Origin: a virus
Taxonomy: Duplodnaviria > Heunggongvirae > Uroviricota > Caudoviricetes
DNA: 64,000 nt
IMG/VR virus record: IMGVR_UViG_3300017700_000784
Location: 1 to 64,000 of that record
Reading direction: 5' to 3' (one strand)
Below, piece after piece: positions 19,282 through 28,107 of this stretch. The position numbers were made by a program, and so were the translations under genes. Within the stretch, counting starts at the first letter, position 1, and each line of letters starts with the position of its first letter. The notes under the pieces are model-generated. The model had not been told where the DNA came from. It saw only the letters and a list, made by a program, of their open reading frames with translations, and searched no databases.

Positions 19282-20487
19282 TTAGAAAGGATTATCATCA
19301 TCAGTAGTAGATACCTCACACTGACCAGTAGATTCTCTCTTAACCCACTGACCTTCAGCATCTTTAACATATCCAGCTTTCTTTTTACTCATGAATTTTC
19401 CATCAGGTCCTTTTATAATAGGATTAAGCTCGGCTTCATACTGAAGTTTTATAGCTTGATGATTACGGATTTCACCATCTATCTTACGCACCATATCAGT
19501 ATGTAAAGATATCAAGCTGTCATCAACACTCATCTTACTAAGAGTTTTAAACTTAGCATTAAGTTCACTGTATTTCTCAATGAAAAGCTCCTTTTCTTCT
19601 CTTGTAGAAGGATTAGCATTAGCAAGATATTCAAGATACTCTGCAAGTTCAGCACCACTTTGTTTAAACTTAATAGTTGCCTCAAACTTTTTAAGAGCTT
19701 CAGCTATAAGCTGTGGCTTTTTATTCAAGTCAGCTATAAGCTTAAGTGAGTCTGGTCCACAAGTTTCATACACAGCATAAGTATCAATAGCAATTCTAGG
19801 AGAAATGTTGATATTAGCTTTAGCATATTCTTGTAGCATGAAAGGAATAATTGGATCTACTTGGCCTACACCAAATCTTTGCTCCAAAAGTTTATTATAA
19901 CTCTCTTCTGTGTAATTATCCCAAATCACAAGAAGTTCAAGTGGAAATCTTTCCATAACTGCTTTAAGTGAGTCATTTTTAGCAAACTCTTCACGAGTTT
20001 TGTTTGTACATGCTATAATAAACTTGGTTTTGATTGGAAATACTTGTGAGCCATTTCTAAACATTCTTGAAGAAAGTACATCTTTAAGATTTTCAAGTAT
20101 GAAATCTGGTGAATCCATCATCTCTTCCAAGATAACATATTCATGGTTAAACATACTGTTTTCTATAAGATACTCTATTTTACCATCTCCTAATGATACA
20201 ATATCAATACCTCCAAACAGTCTATCTGTAGTCATACCTGAACCCATAGTAAGAACATATGGATTAATACCTTTTTCATACAAATACTCTAAGGCAAATT
20301 CTGATTTTCCATGACCACCTGGACCAAAGAGAACCACATTTCTGCCTGTTTTCATACCTGCATCAAGTGCTAACAGCACTTTATCCATAAAGACAAAATT
20401 ACTTAGGATACTCTGTTTAGGTATATTCTTTACTTTTCGAGAAGCTTTTGGTTTTTTAGCTTCTACTTCTTCTTTTATCGCTGTCAT
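19282..20487 (-). CDS. AAA+ ATPase, CobS/MoxR-like
   Basis: Walker A 'VVLFGPGGHGKSEFA' and Walker B-like 'EYVILEEMMD'. Adjacent to the vWA partner. Confidence 0.7.
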   Translation of the reverse strand: MTAIKEEVEAKKPKASRKVKNIPKQSILSNFVFMDKVLLALDAGMKTGRNVVLFGPGGHGKSEFALEYLYEKGINPYVLTMGSGMTTDRLFGGIDIVSLGDGKIEYLIENSMFNHEYVILEEMMDSPDFILENLKDVLSSRMFRNGSQVFPIKTKFIIACTNKTREEFAKNDSLKAVMERFPLELLVIWDNYTEESYNKLLEQRFGVGQVDPIIPFMLQEYAKANINISPRIAIDTYAVYETCGPDSLKLIADLNKKPQLIAEALKKFEATIKFKQSGAELAEYLEYLANANPSTREEKELFIEKYSELNAKFKTLSKMSVDDSLISLHTDMVRKIDGEIRNHQAIKLQYEAELNPIIKGPDGKFMSKKKAGYVKDAEGQWVKRESTGQCEVSTTDDDNPF

Positions 20488-20524
20488 CTGCGTTGTTATA
20501 TTTAGTTAAAAATAATAATTTTAA

Positions 20525-20570
20525 AAATAAAAAATCCTGTTGTATACTTTCAACAACAGGATTTTTCTCA
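20525..20570 (-). terminator. rho-independent terminator (strong)
   Basis: Perfect 13-bp stem AAAATCCTGTTGT/ACAACAGGATTTT (20531-20565), followed on the minus strand by UUUUUUAUUUUU. Confidence 0.65.
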
Positions 20571-20583
20571 TGTTTACTGTAGC

Positions 20584-21228
20584 TTATCTTCTGAATCTAC
20601 GAATCAGTAAGCGTCTACGAGAGCTTTTGCTAGAACTAGCAGAAACTTTCTCCACATTTGGTATTAATCTGCTTGCTCTGTCTTCTTCCGGTGGAATAGG
20701 AGGCATAGAATATATCTCTGCAGGTTTATGATGTCTTGGCGCTTTCATCCAATCACTATCACTAATGCCTAACTGACGAGAGACATAATTTAATATGTCA
20801 CATTCTTGTGCATCTTCTCCATCAAGATCAAACTGAGCAAACTCATCTGGTGAGTCTGGATCATCAAAAGTATAGAAATTGTTAGGAACTATACCCATAG
20901 GGGTATCTCTCTCAACATCTCCAGTTCTACTTGATGCTTTAGTACTTGTATAAACAATACAAGAATCTATTGCATCCCATGAACCTTTTTCTACAAATTT
21001 ACTTATTGCCTTACCAGGAGCTTTACTTAAAACAACTTCATAGTCATTAAAAATATCTAATCCTGGATTAGGAATATAAATAATCACATCACAATCTTGA
21101 GGTTTGATAGGACTACCAAACTCCACGATTTCCAAATTAGGAATACGGGAAAGATTAGACTTGACATATTCAACGTCAAGTCCACTAGCTAAGAGTTCCT
21201 TAGCTAGATAGACTTTAGACTGTTTCAT
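20584..21228 (-). CDS. hypothetical protein (basic C-terminus)
   Basis: 214-aa ORF ending 'SSSKSSRRRLLIRRFRR'. Confidence 0.5.
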   Translation of the reverse strand: MKQSKVYLAKELLASGLDVEYVKSNLSRIPNLEIVEFGSPIKPQDCDVIIYIPNPGLDIFNDYEVVLSKAPGKAISKFVEKGSWDAIDSCIVYTSTKASSRTGDVERDTPMGIVPNNFYTFDDPDSPDEFAQFDLDGEDAQECDILNYVSRQLGISDSDWMKAPRHHKPAEIYSMPPIPPEEDRASRLIPNVEKVSASSSKSSRRRLLIRRFRR

Positions 21229-21241
21229 AAGTTAGTCTGGT

Positions 21242-21640
21242 TTACTCTGCTGATTCTGAAGCAATTCCAAAGAAATCTTCAGCAATTCTTTCAGCCACAG
21301 CAATCTCATCTGCAAGCTCTTCTAACTGCATTTCTAAATCACAAAGTTGCTCAATCCATTCTTTTGGTTTGAAGTTGGCATTCCCTGGACGCAATGAGTC
21401 TTTAGACTCTACAGATAAATCTGTAAGATTCAATTTTGCCAAGGTAAGGTCATCACGTCTTCCACGTAAATCTGTTAACTTGTTTTGCATGGCTTGAACA
21501 GTCTTGTTAGCCATTACCGTAGCTCTTTGGTCAAGAACTTCTTGTCCAGTTGAAGCTAAAATTTGTTGAAACTTGTTTGGTTTCGCTGATGCTGCAGGTG
21601 CAGCTGTTGCAGTTTTTGCAACTTTTTTTACATTTGACAT
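21242..21640 (-). CDS. coiled-coil hypothetical protein
   Basis: 132-aa ORF. Confidence 0.5.
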   Translation of the reverse strand: MSNVKKVAKTATAAPAASAKPNKFQQILASTGQEVLDQRATVMANKTVQAMQNKLTDLRGRRDDLTLAKLNLTDLSVESKDSLRPGNANFKPKEWIEQLCDLEMQLEELADEIAVAERIAEDFFGIASESAE

Positions 21641-21663
21641 AATACTTATGTATTAAAGGTTTT

Positions 21664-21691
21664 TTGTGTACAAATCTAAGAGTGTACACTT
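21664..21691. promoter_or_regulatory. palindromic operator-like site overlapping a Bacteroidetes-type -7 box
   Basis: GTGTACA-aatctaagag-TGTACAC. Contains CAAATCTA (plus strand), which reads TAGATTTG on the minus strand and matches TAnnTTTG, about 32 nt upstream of the start codon at 21640. Confidence 0.35.
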
Positions 21692-21787
21692 CTCTTGTAG
21701 TTTAATATTAGCACCTATTTTTATAGGTCAAGCTGAACACTCCCCAGAGGTTATAATAGTATAAGTTCATATAACTATCTCTCTGCT

Positions 21788-22132
21788 CTATATCACTATA
21801 GAATTTCTATCAGGGTTTAGATATTTATTAGAATAATAATGTCTAACATTATCACCTATAGACAACCATTCAAGATTTATGTAATTATTATTAAGTTTAT
21901 TACCATCTATATGATTTACAGTTTCAAGATTATAAGGATTTACTACATAATATTTAGCCACTAATCTATGTATTTTTACCTTAGTAACTATAGCATTAGT
22001 AGAAATATTACAATAATAATATCCTCTTTGATTAACATTTTGTTTAAGAATTCTACCATAGATATTTTTAAACCTTCCTAAATTTGAAATAAAGTATTTA
22101 GGGTTCTCTTTTAATTGTTTCCATTGTTCCAT
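21788..22132 (-). CDS. HNH homing endonuclease (NUMOD4 + HNH_3)
   Basis: 'MEQWKQLKENPKYFISNLGRFKN' (NUMOD4), 'HRLVAKYYV' and 'NPYNLETVNHIDGNKLNNNYINLEWLSIGDNVRHY' (HNH). The track ORF is 21788..22213 (TTG/upstream start); the internal Met was preferred. Confidence 0.8.
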   Translation of the reverse strand: MEQWKQLKENPKYFISNLGRFKNIYGRILKQNVNQRGYYYCNISTNAIVTKVKIHRLVAKYYVVNPYNLETVNHIDGNKLNNNYINLEWLSIGDNVRHYYSNKYLNPDRNSIVI

Positions 22133-22265
22133 AGAACAAAGATAACAAAAATTAGGGTACAATATAAAACTATACCCTAATATTTTTGCTCCAAGACTTT
22201 CACTTGGCTTCATGTATTACTACATAGGTGTTGCATCTTTCAGTCCCACACTCTTGACACTCTCT

Positions 22266-22550
22266 TTACTCTGCTACCAAGTCAGCTTTATATGTTTCCA
22301 TAAACTTCTCTACAAGTTCCTTATCCCAACCTGTTCGGGTTGGAAGTTGAGGTTCTTTTCCTCTAAGCTGAGCATATGCTATAAACAAGTGCATAAGCTT
22401 AGTAGAATTACTAGTACGAAGTGCTGCTGCTTCATTAGCAGGCATAGACCTTTCAACTTTCAAGTGAACCGTTTTACATTGGGCTTTTAGTGTACCCTGT
22501 TGACTTGATAGTGCTTTAATGTCTGTTATAATCTTGTGAAATCTTCTCAT
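22266..22550 (-). CDS. hypothetical protein
   Basis: 94-aa ORF. Confidence 0.45.
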   Translation of the reverse strand: MRRFHKIITDIKALSSQQGTLKAQCKTVHLKVERSMPANEAAALRTSNSTKLMHLFIAYAQLRGKEPQLPTRTGWDKELVEKFMETYKADLVAE

Positions 22551-22819
22551 GATAATGTTAATTTAAAATTTTTAAATAGTTTTTTGTGAGTTTCCTCTGG
22601 TAGGCATTCAACAGTGATAGCTGTCATCTCATTACCTATATCAGGTTCAAAGAATACAGTATACTTAATACCTAAATCTTTAAGTTTGGTTACTAGCATC
22701 TCCATCTTGAATTTAGATGTTTCTAAACAACAGAGATAGTTTGATACTTTTTCCCATTCAAGGAATTCAGGACCATGCCTTGCTGAAAACTCAGCCATTC
22801 CATGAGCAGATTGTGCCAC
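22547..22819 (-). CDS. hypothetical protein
   Basis: 90-aa ORF with a 4-nt overlap. Confidence 0.45.
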   Translation of the reverse strand: MAQSAHGMAEFSARHGPEFLEWEKVSNYLCCLETSKFKMEMLVTKLKDLGIKYTVFFEPDIGNEMTAITVECLPEETHKKLFKNFKLTLS

Positions 22820-22913
22820 CTTATATCCAGGCGCTAAATCTTCTCTGACAACAATAGTGACAAAATCACCCTTTTTAATCTACTTCTTCATGATATAAAA
22901 ATTTAAAGGTTAG

Positions 22914-22986
22914 TCCTATCTGTGGGACTTGAACCCACGACCATTGGTTTTAGGGACCACAGCTCTACCAACTGAGCTAAGACAGG
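22914..22986 (-). tRNA. tRNA with predicted anticodon CUA (amber-reading, suppressor-like); identity undetermined
   Basis: Manual fold of the minus strand CCTGTCT-TA-GCTC-AGTTGGTA-GAGC-T-GTGGT-CCCTAAA-ACCAA-TGGTC-GTGGG-TTCAAGT-CCCAC-AGATAGG-A. Acceptor stem 7 bp (one G.U). D-stem 4 bp with G18G19. T-stem 5 bp with T-loop TTCAAGT. Variable loop 5 nt. Anticodon loop CCCTAAA gives anticodon 34-36 = CTA, with an unusual C33 and a 27:43 G.A mismatch. No encoded CCA. Confidence 0.65.
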
Positions 22987-23208
22987 ATAAGAAGTATCTG
23001 GCTTTTCAATGTTTAGATTTTACACTTAGACAATTCTATTACACCAGATTTACTGGGTTTATACTCCCTTACTTCTAATCATTAAGAGTGATACTACTTT
23101 TGTTATCCTTTTGATTTCAGGTTCTGCAGGTAATCAGCTTAAAAGCTTGCTACATTATTGCACTCTATCTCTCCCTTACTAGGTTGCCTTCGTACCACTC
23201 CTATATTA

Positions 23209-23427
23209 TTATTCTTCTTTGAGAAACATCTGTGTTAATCTAAGTTTAGCCTTATCTGTCACACCTTCAAAGGATATTTTCTCTTCAAACTGTTCCTGTA
23301 GTATAGAAAGAGTTTTAGTTGTAGTATGGATAACTAATTTGCCAGTAATAATCTGATATTTTAAACATTTGTATGGTTCTTTATTAAAAATAAAGTAACT
23401 TCCTATTAGTCTGTCAAATTGTGCCAT
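23209..23427 (-). CDS. hypothetical protein
   Basis: 72-aa ORF. Confidence 0.4.
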   Translation of the reverse strand: MAQFDRLIGSYFIFNKEPYKCLKYQIITGKLVIHTTTKTLSILQEQFEEKISFEGVTDKAKLRLTQMFLKEE

Positions 23428-23551
23428 AATTTAAAGTTTAATTACTTTATTTCCCAGTATTGAAAGGTGCTGATAACAATAGCAAAAGCTATTGCACAAG
23501 CTATTATTATCCATGCGCATCCTTTCATCTCTTCTGCATCATTACTAGCCA

Positions 23552-24052
23552 TTACTTAAAAGCTGAATCAACTATAGCAGTATATGTAGATGCTACTAAA
23601 CTATAAATCTGATCATAAATATCCTTGAATAAATCGGAGAATATCCAGTACAAGAAACTAGCAGGCCACATAAACCACCATCTGAATACATTATCCTGTA
23701 ATTCATCCTTAATATCAGTTTTAGCTGATTTAAGAGCATCATTTTGAGCTATATCAGTAAGTTTCTTAGCTATAATCTTGTTCCTGATGCGCCGGGAGTA
23801 AAAATAACATCTTATAAGACTAAATAGTAGTCCTATAATAAGATATATAATAACTTTAGCTACAGAGATATACTCTAGTATTTTGAAATTACTATAAAAA
23901 TAGCATCCGGCAGTAACTACAACAAAAGTTGCAAAAGCCCAGACACCACTTTTAGTACTCTCACAAACAAAGAGTATGATAATAAAGGCCAGTATTACAG
24001 ACCAAAAAGCTACTACACTACCAAAAAGTGTAAGGGTTAGGAGATTATCCAT
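23552..24052 (-). CDS. membrane protein (4 transmembrane segments)
   Basis: Four hydrophobic helices, e.g. 'TLTLFGSVVAFWSVILAFIIILFV'. Confidence 0.5.
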   Translation of the reverse strand: MDNLLTLTLFGSVVAFWSVILAFIIILFVCESTKSGVWAFATFVVVTAGCYFYSNFKILEYISVAKVIIYLIIGLLFSLIRCYFYSRRIRNKIIAKKLTDIAQNDALKSAKTDIKDELQDNVFRWWFMWPASFLYWIFSDLFKDIYDQIYSLVASTYTAIVDSAFK

Positions 24053-24064
24053 GATTTTTAAGTT

Positions 24065-24307
24065 TTAATGATTAAGTTCTACTTCTATGTAGGGTTCTGT
24101 TGTTGCTGCATGATTTACAGTAGGAGAAGCTATTGCCGGAGTAATTATCTTCTCTTTATGAGTAATAGCTACCACTTTTAAGGTAGCCTCTCTTCCTTCC
24201 TTTAATACATCAACTCTGTTACCCATATTAGGTATAGCTACAAATGATGTAATAGGGCAAGTATAACCATCAAGGTTAGTCTTACAGATTGCTTTGATAC
24301 GAGTCAT
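24065..24307 (-). CDS. hypothetical protein
   Basis: 80-aa ORF. Confidence 0.4.
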   Translation of the reverse strand: MTRIKAICKTNLDGYTCPITSFVAIPNMGNRVDVLKEGREATLKVVAITHKEKIITPAIASPTVNHAATTEPYIEVELNH

Positions 24308-24310
24308 GAC

Positions 24311-24802
24311 TTATGATTTGATTTCTCTTTTCACTCCTCCTAATTCAGGAGAAGGAGTTTTCTTTTTACTTTCTTCAAGCGCTTCTTCTGCAAGAGGTTT
24401 GATTTTATCACCTTTAATTCTTCTAAGATCAAAACTCTGTGATTCTATAGTAGTACCAGTTTCTGCGATAACACCTACAGGTTTAATATCAACATGGATA
24501 CATCCATTTATATGATAATCAAGTTGTATAATCATACCAGTAAAACCCGTTGCTAAATCTTCAGCTATAGTTCCAAGTATTTCTACCGGTAAGTCTACTT
24601 CAATTTCTTCTCCTCCTACAATTCTTGCTGTTGCTATTACCATTCTATCAACAGGTGCTCCTGTTTTAGGATTAAGTCCTCGTGGTTGAAACATGTATAA
24701 ATGTGAACCATCCATGTCTGTAGCTACTATAGTAAGCATACCTTCTACTCCTGTAGCACTATCTTTTACAATAGTGCCCAGTTTTAGTATTTTGATTTTC
24801 AT
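24311..24802 (-). CDS. hypothetical protein with internal tandem duplication
   Basis: Two repeats: 'LGTIVKDSATGVEGMLTIVATDMDG' and 'LGTIAEDLATGFTGMIIQLDYHING'. Confidence 0.5.
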   Translation of the reverse strand: MKIKILKLGTIVKDSATGVEGMLTIVATDMDGSHLYMFQPRGLNPKTGAPVDRMVIATARIVGGEEIEVDLPVEILGTIAEDLATGFTGMIIQLDYHINGCIHVDIKPVGVIAETGTTIESQSFDLRRIKGDKIKPLAEEALEESKKKTPSPELGGVKREIKS

Positions 24803-24803
24803 C

Positions 24804-25757
24804 TTATTTAGGATTAAGTATTACTGAAGTATCTCTTCCTAACTGAGTACTAGGTACTCTTGGTACATCAGGATTTACATCTACCCATTTAAGATACTCT
24901 ATGTATAAAGGAGTAAGCTCTTGTTTTCTAAGCTTCATAGCTTTAGCACTAGCACTTGCTGTAATAACTACTCTAGCAGAATCTCCTCTGGCAACAGCAA
25001 TCTTTTGCTCTTTTTCTGCATCAGCTGCTTTAGCTTTTGCCATCCATTTCTGTGCATCATATTCTGCAGCAGCTTTATCTGCTATAGATTTAGCAATAGA
25101 ACTTGGAGGTGGCATATTAGTTCTTAGTTGTGATACTTTAAACCATTTACCTACTCTTTTATTAGCTTCAAGCTGTATAGCTATTTCAAATTCAGTTTTT
25201 TTATTAAAAATGTCTTCTACCTTCCATGAATTAGTAACGTCATTTACAGCGCCTAATATAGCTATTTCAAGCCATCCTTGTTCTATGGTTTCAAGACCAT
25301 TACCTGATCTGAATGCAGTTCTTAGATTAGTAAACATTTCTGCTGTAGTACCTGTTTTTACAGAGTAGTTAAATGAAGGAAATATCTTTAAAGCAAATCC
25401 TCCTTTAGCAACACTAGGTTGTTCTCCATATCTAATACTTCTTTGATCAAGTGGTATCTGATGTATTTCCTCTGTCCAAGTGTTGTATACTTTCCAACCA
25501 GAAATTTCTTTTATAGAGCTTGCACCACGGCTATCACCTATAAGATTTACAAGTAATCCTTGATAACCAGCTTCAATTTTCTTTAAAGCATAAGGTTGTA
25601 TAAATATTACTACAAGACATACTATACCAATAGCTATAGCTTTATAGTTTAAAACAGTATCAGCTCCAGTTCTTCTTACAATAATGTGAAGCTTGTTTTG
25701 TAAAATCAGTCCTCCAAATATGAGGATAAAAATAACGAGTAAAATAGATGTTAACAT
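24804..25757 (-). CDS. SPFH/band-7 (stomatin/HflC-like) membrane protein
   Basis: N-terminal transmembrane helix, 'QGLLVNLIGDSRG' and a C-terminal Ala/Glu-rich coiled coil 'AAEYDAQKWMAKAKAADAEKEQKIAVARGDSARV'. Confidence 0.7.
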   Translation of the reverse strand: MLTSILLVIFILIFGGLILQNKLHIIVRRTGADTVLNYKAIAIGIVCLVVIFIQPYALKKIEAGYQGLLVNLIGDSRGASSIKEISGWKVYNTWTEEIHQIPLDQRSIRYGEQPSVAKGGFALKIFPSFNYSVKTGTTAEMFTNLRTAFRSGNGLETIEQGWLEIAILGAVNDVTNSWKVEDIFNKKTEFEIAIQLEANKRVGKWFKVSQLRTNMPPPSSIAKSIADKAAAEYDAQKWMAKAKAADAEKEQKIAVARGDSARVVITASASAKAMKLRKQELTPLYIEYLKWVDVNPDVPRVPSTQLGRDTSVILNPK

Positions 25758-25792
25758 GATTTTTTGTTTTTAAGGTTTTGTTTTAGGTGAAT

Positions 25793-26017
25793 TTACACTA
25801 TATCAAGGATAGTACATCCTACATATAGTATGTTGAACTTTCTTCTGGCATCATCTGAATCATATCCAAATCTTTCTGCCTGGTTTTTTCTTCCTATAGA
25901 ATCTCTATAGAAAATGGTGAATTTTTTCATAAGTTTGTTATAAAGTTGTTTAAAAGCTGTTATTTGTTCTTGAGTAAGTTCATCAGAAATATCACTATAT
26001 ACTATTATCTTAGTCAT
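25793..26017 (-). CDS. hypothetical protein
   Basis: 74-aa ORF. Confidence 0.4.
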   Translation of the reverse strand: MTKIIVYSDISDELTQEQITAFKQLYNKLMKKFTIFYRDSIGRKNQAERFGYDSDDARRKFNILYVGCTILDIV

Positions 26018-26019
26018 AA

Positions 26020-26340
26020 TTACTCTCTTATTTGATCTAACTCTTGTCCTATTATATCATCCTCTGCAACAGTTGTTTCTTCTTTAAAAGGAATAGAACA
26101 TTTTCTGTTAGGATTTATAAGCTCATCATAAGTAGTCTCTTTATTAAAGAGTTTTTCTGCACAGCTTACACATGGTAGAAAACCATTTACTGTCATCATC
26201 TGAGTAAGTTGTGGGCGTAATACAAAAGGAATAGCTACATCACCAAATGCTTCAATACAGCAGTCAGGATAACCTAGGAACTTTCCAAAGTTAAAGTTAT
26301 TTGTTGTTGACATGATTATTTTTTTGATGGTTATATACAA
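26020..26340 (-). CDS. Cys-rich hypothetical protein
   Basis: 'GYPDCCIEAF' ... 'CVSCAEKLF'. Confidence 0.45.
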   Translation of the reverse strand: MYITIKKIIMSTTNNFNFGKFLGYPDCCIEAFGDVAIPFVLRPQLTQMMTVNGFLPCVSCAEKLFNKETTYDELINPNRKCSIPFKEETTVAEDDIIGQELDQIRE

Positions 26341-26461
26341 ATTTTATTACACTTCTTTTAAAGTCTTTATTACAATCATTACAATGATATGAAACATAAA
26401 AGTAATCTTGACTCACACTTTTCTTAGAAATTTCTGTTCTGTTATAATGTTTACAATTCAT
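26300..26461 (-). CDS. small Cys-rich protein (53 aa)
   Basis: Manual translation MNCKHYNRTEISKKSVSQDYFYVSYHCNDCNKDF... (CxxH ... CxxC). Overlaps the N-terminus of the next gene. Confidence 0.25.
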
Positions 26462-26664
26462 ATATAGAATTTTAAATTAAAAAATAAATGAAGTGTAATA
26501 TGAACGTGTGCTACAGGCATAATTCCACTTATCTTCTGTAAGCACCACACTTCATGTATTTTCTAATCATCTTTAAGTACAAGATAAATAAAGGCTATAA
26601 AAGCCACTGCTGAGCATACTGCTTCAATAGCAGATAATGTATTATCATCCATGGTCTAAAAATT

Positions 26665-26823
26665 TTAGTTTAAGAAACTGAAGTAATACTTCTTTACATT
26701 TTCTCCATGCTTTGAAATAATAGCATTTTCCTGCTTTTCTGATGTTACAATGTATGCAAGAGTATTATAAGACTTACCACCTGATTTCTCAACATGGTTA
26801 AGGTGAATTGTTAATCTTCTCAT
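26665..26823 (-). CDS. small hypothetical protein (52 aa)
   Basis: Manual translation MRRLTIHLNHVEKSGGKSYNTLAYIVTSEKQENAIISKHGENVKKYYFSFLN. Confidence 0.25.
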   Translation of the reverse strand: MRRLTIHLNHVEKSGGKSYNTLAYIVTSEKQENAIISKHGENVKKYYFSFLN

Positions 26824-26850
26824 GATTATTTAAGTGTTAGAGAGTTGTTT

Positions 26851-27216
26851 TTAAAGTTTTGTTGGACCTATAATAGGCTCTGAGTGTTCTGCACCTGTAG
26901 CTTTATCAATGGTATTAGATAACTCTGAGAGTATACTGAAATTTATAGCAGTAGTATCAGCAAGAATCTTAAGCATATTAGATGTATTCTGCTGTTTAAG
27001 ATAACATTCTTCTTTACTAGCAAAATCTTCAACCTTAGCTCTGATTCTAACTTCATCATCTTCTACAAAAAAAGCACATGAGTAACTAGTATTAAGATGT
27101 ACGAAATACTCACCATCTCCTGGTGTTGTGTGCAATGCTACTGCACCGGCAATATCATACTTTCTAAGGATATCCTTGATTTCTTCAGCAGCTGTTAAAA
27201 GTTTAGTATTACTCAT
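26851..27216 (-). CDS. hypothetical protein
   Basis: 121-aa ORF. Confidence 0.45.
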   Translation of the reverse strand: MSNTKLLTAAEEIKDILRKYDIAGAVALHTTPGDGEYFVHLNTSYSCAFFVEDDEVRIRAKVEDFASKEECYLKQQNTSNMLKILADTTAINFSILSELSNTIDKATGAEHSEPIIGPTKL

Positions 27217-27760
27217 TTTCTTTATCTAAATATTTTTTAAAGGATTCTTTTCTTGATTCAGGTACACCTAAAATTAATGTTGACTTGATTTTATCAAATT
27301 CTTCAGCTTCCATATATGAATAATCTTTACTACCACTGTGTCTGTAAGCAACCATCTTTTTACCATCTTCATAATATTTTATAATACTACCATGATAAAC
27401 GTAAGCAAAAGAAGTATCTCCTTTATATATTCTATCTTCAAAATGTTCTGGTTGTAAATATTTATGCTTTTGTAAAAAAGGTAAAACTACATCAAACATA
27501 TCTCTTATAGAAATTTGTAAAGAAGCTCTTGATGATACCCAATTAGAAGCACCTCTGTTTTGTGATTCAGGTAATTTAACATCATTTTCTGTTTGAAAAT
27601 TACAAGGACCTGTAAACATCACATAATCATGTGCTACAGTTATAAATTCTTCAGAAGGATTACCATCATATTTTTCTTGTTCAGGTACAGCAATAATAAA
27701 TAGATCTCTATTCTGTTTATCCTTACCTATATAGTGTGTTATTTTAACAGTTTGTGACAT
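27209..27760 (-). CDS. hypothetical protein
   Basis: 183-aa ORF. Confidence 0.5.
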   Translation of the reverse strand: MSQTVKITHYIGKDKQNRDLFIIAVPEQEKYDGNPSEEFITVAHDYVMFTGPCNFQTENDVKLPESQNRGASNWVSSRASLQISIRDMFDVVLPFLQKHKYLQPEHFEDRIYKGDTSFAYVYHGSIIKYYEDGKKMVAYRHSGSKDYSYMEAEEFDKIKSTLILGVPESRKESFKKYLDKENE

Positions 27761-28107
27761 GATATTGTTATTTTATTAAAAACTAATTAGTTAAAAAAAG
27801 AGGAGTTGCTTCATTGGGACTTCAGTTATAAATACACGAGGCCTTACATACCTATCCAGATATCACAACCCCTCAACTCACCTAAGTTTATTGTTACAAA
27901 CAAGAAAAGAAGCAAAAATACGTTCATGGAAGGAGTATCTTGAGTCTTAATAATTGAGAATTGATTCCTTGAACTTTGAAAAAAGAGTTCTTCATCATCA
28001 TCTAGGCCATTGCCTTTACAGAGTTGGTGATATCACATAACCTTGCGGTTCTGTAGTATAGTACTACTAATACTCTTACTTCTGTATTCTCTTGTCTGTG
28101 TTATTTT

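Noticed and set aside
20540-20731. 63-aa plus-strand ORF
   Set aside because: It spans the terminator hairpin and the antisense of the 20584-21228 gene, and has no independent support.
22990-23208. Possible third tRNA or ncRNA in the 220-nt gap upstream of the CUA tRNA
   Set aside because: No cloverleaf could be folded. It contains only a short AGCTT-TT-AAGCT palindrome and is probably a promoter or leader.
24901-25368. 155-aa Ala/Leu-rich plus-strand ORF
   Set aside because: It is antisense to the Ala/Glu-rich coiled coil of the SPFH gene, so it is a frame-shadow.
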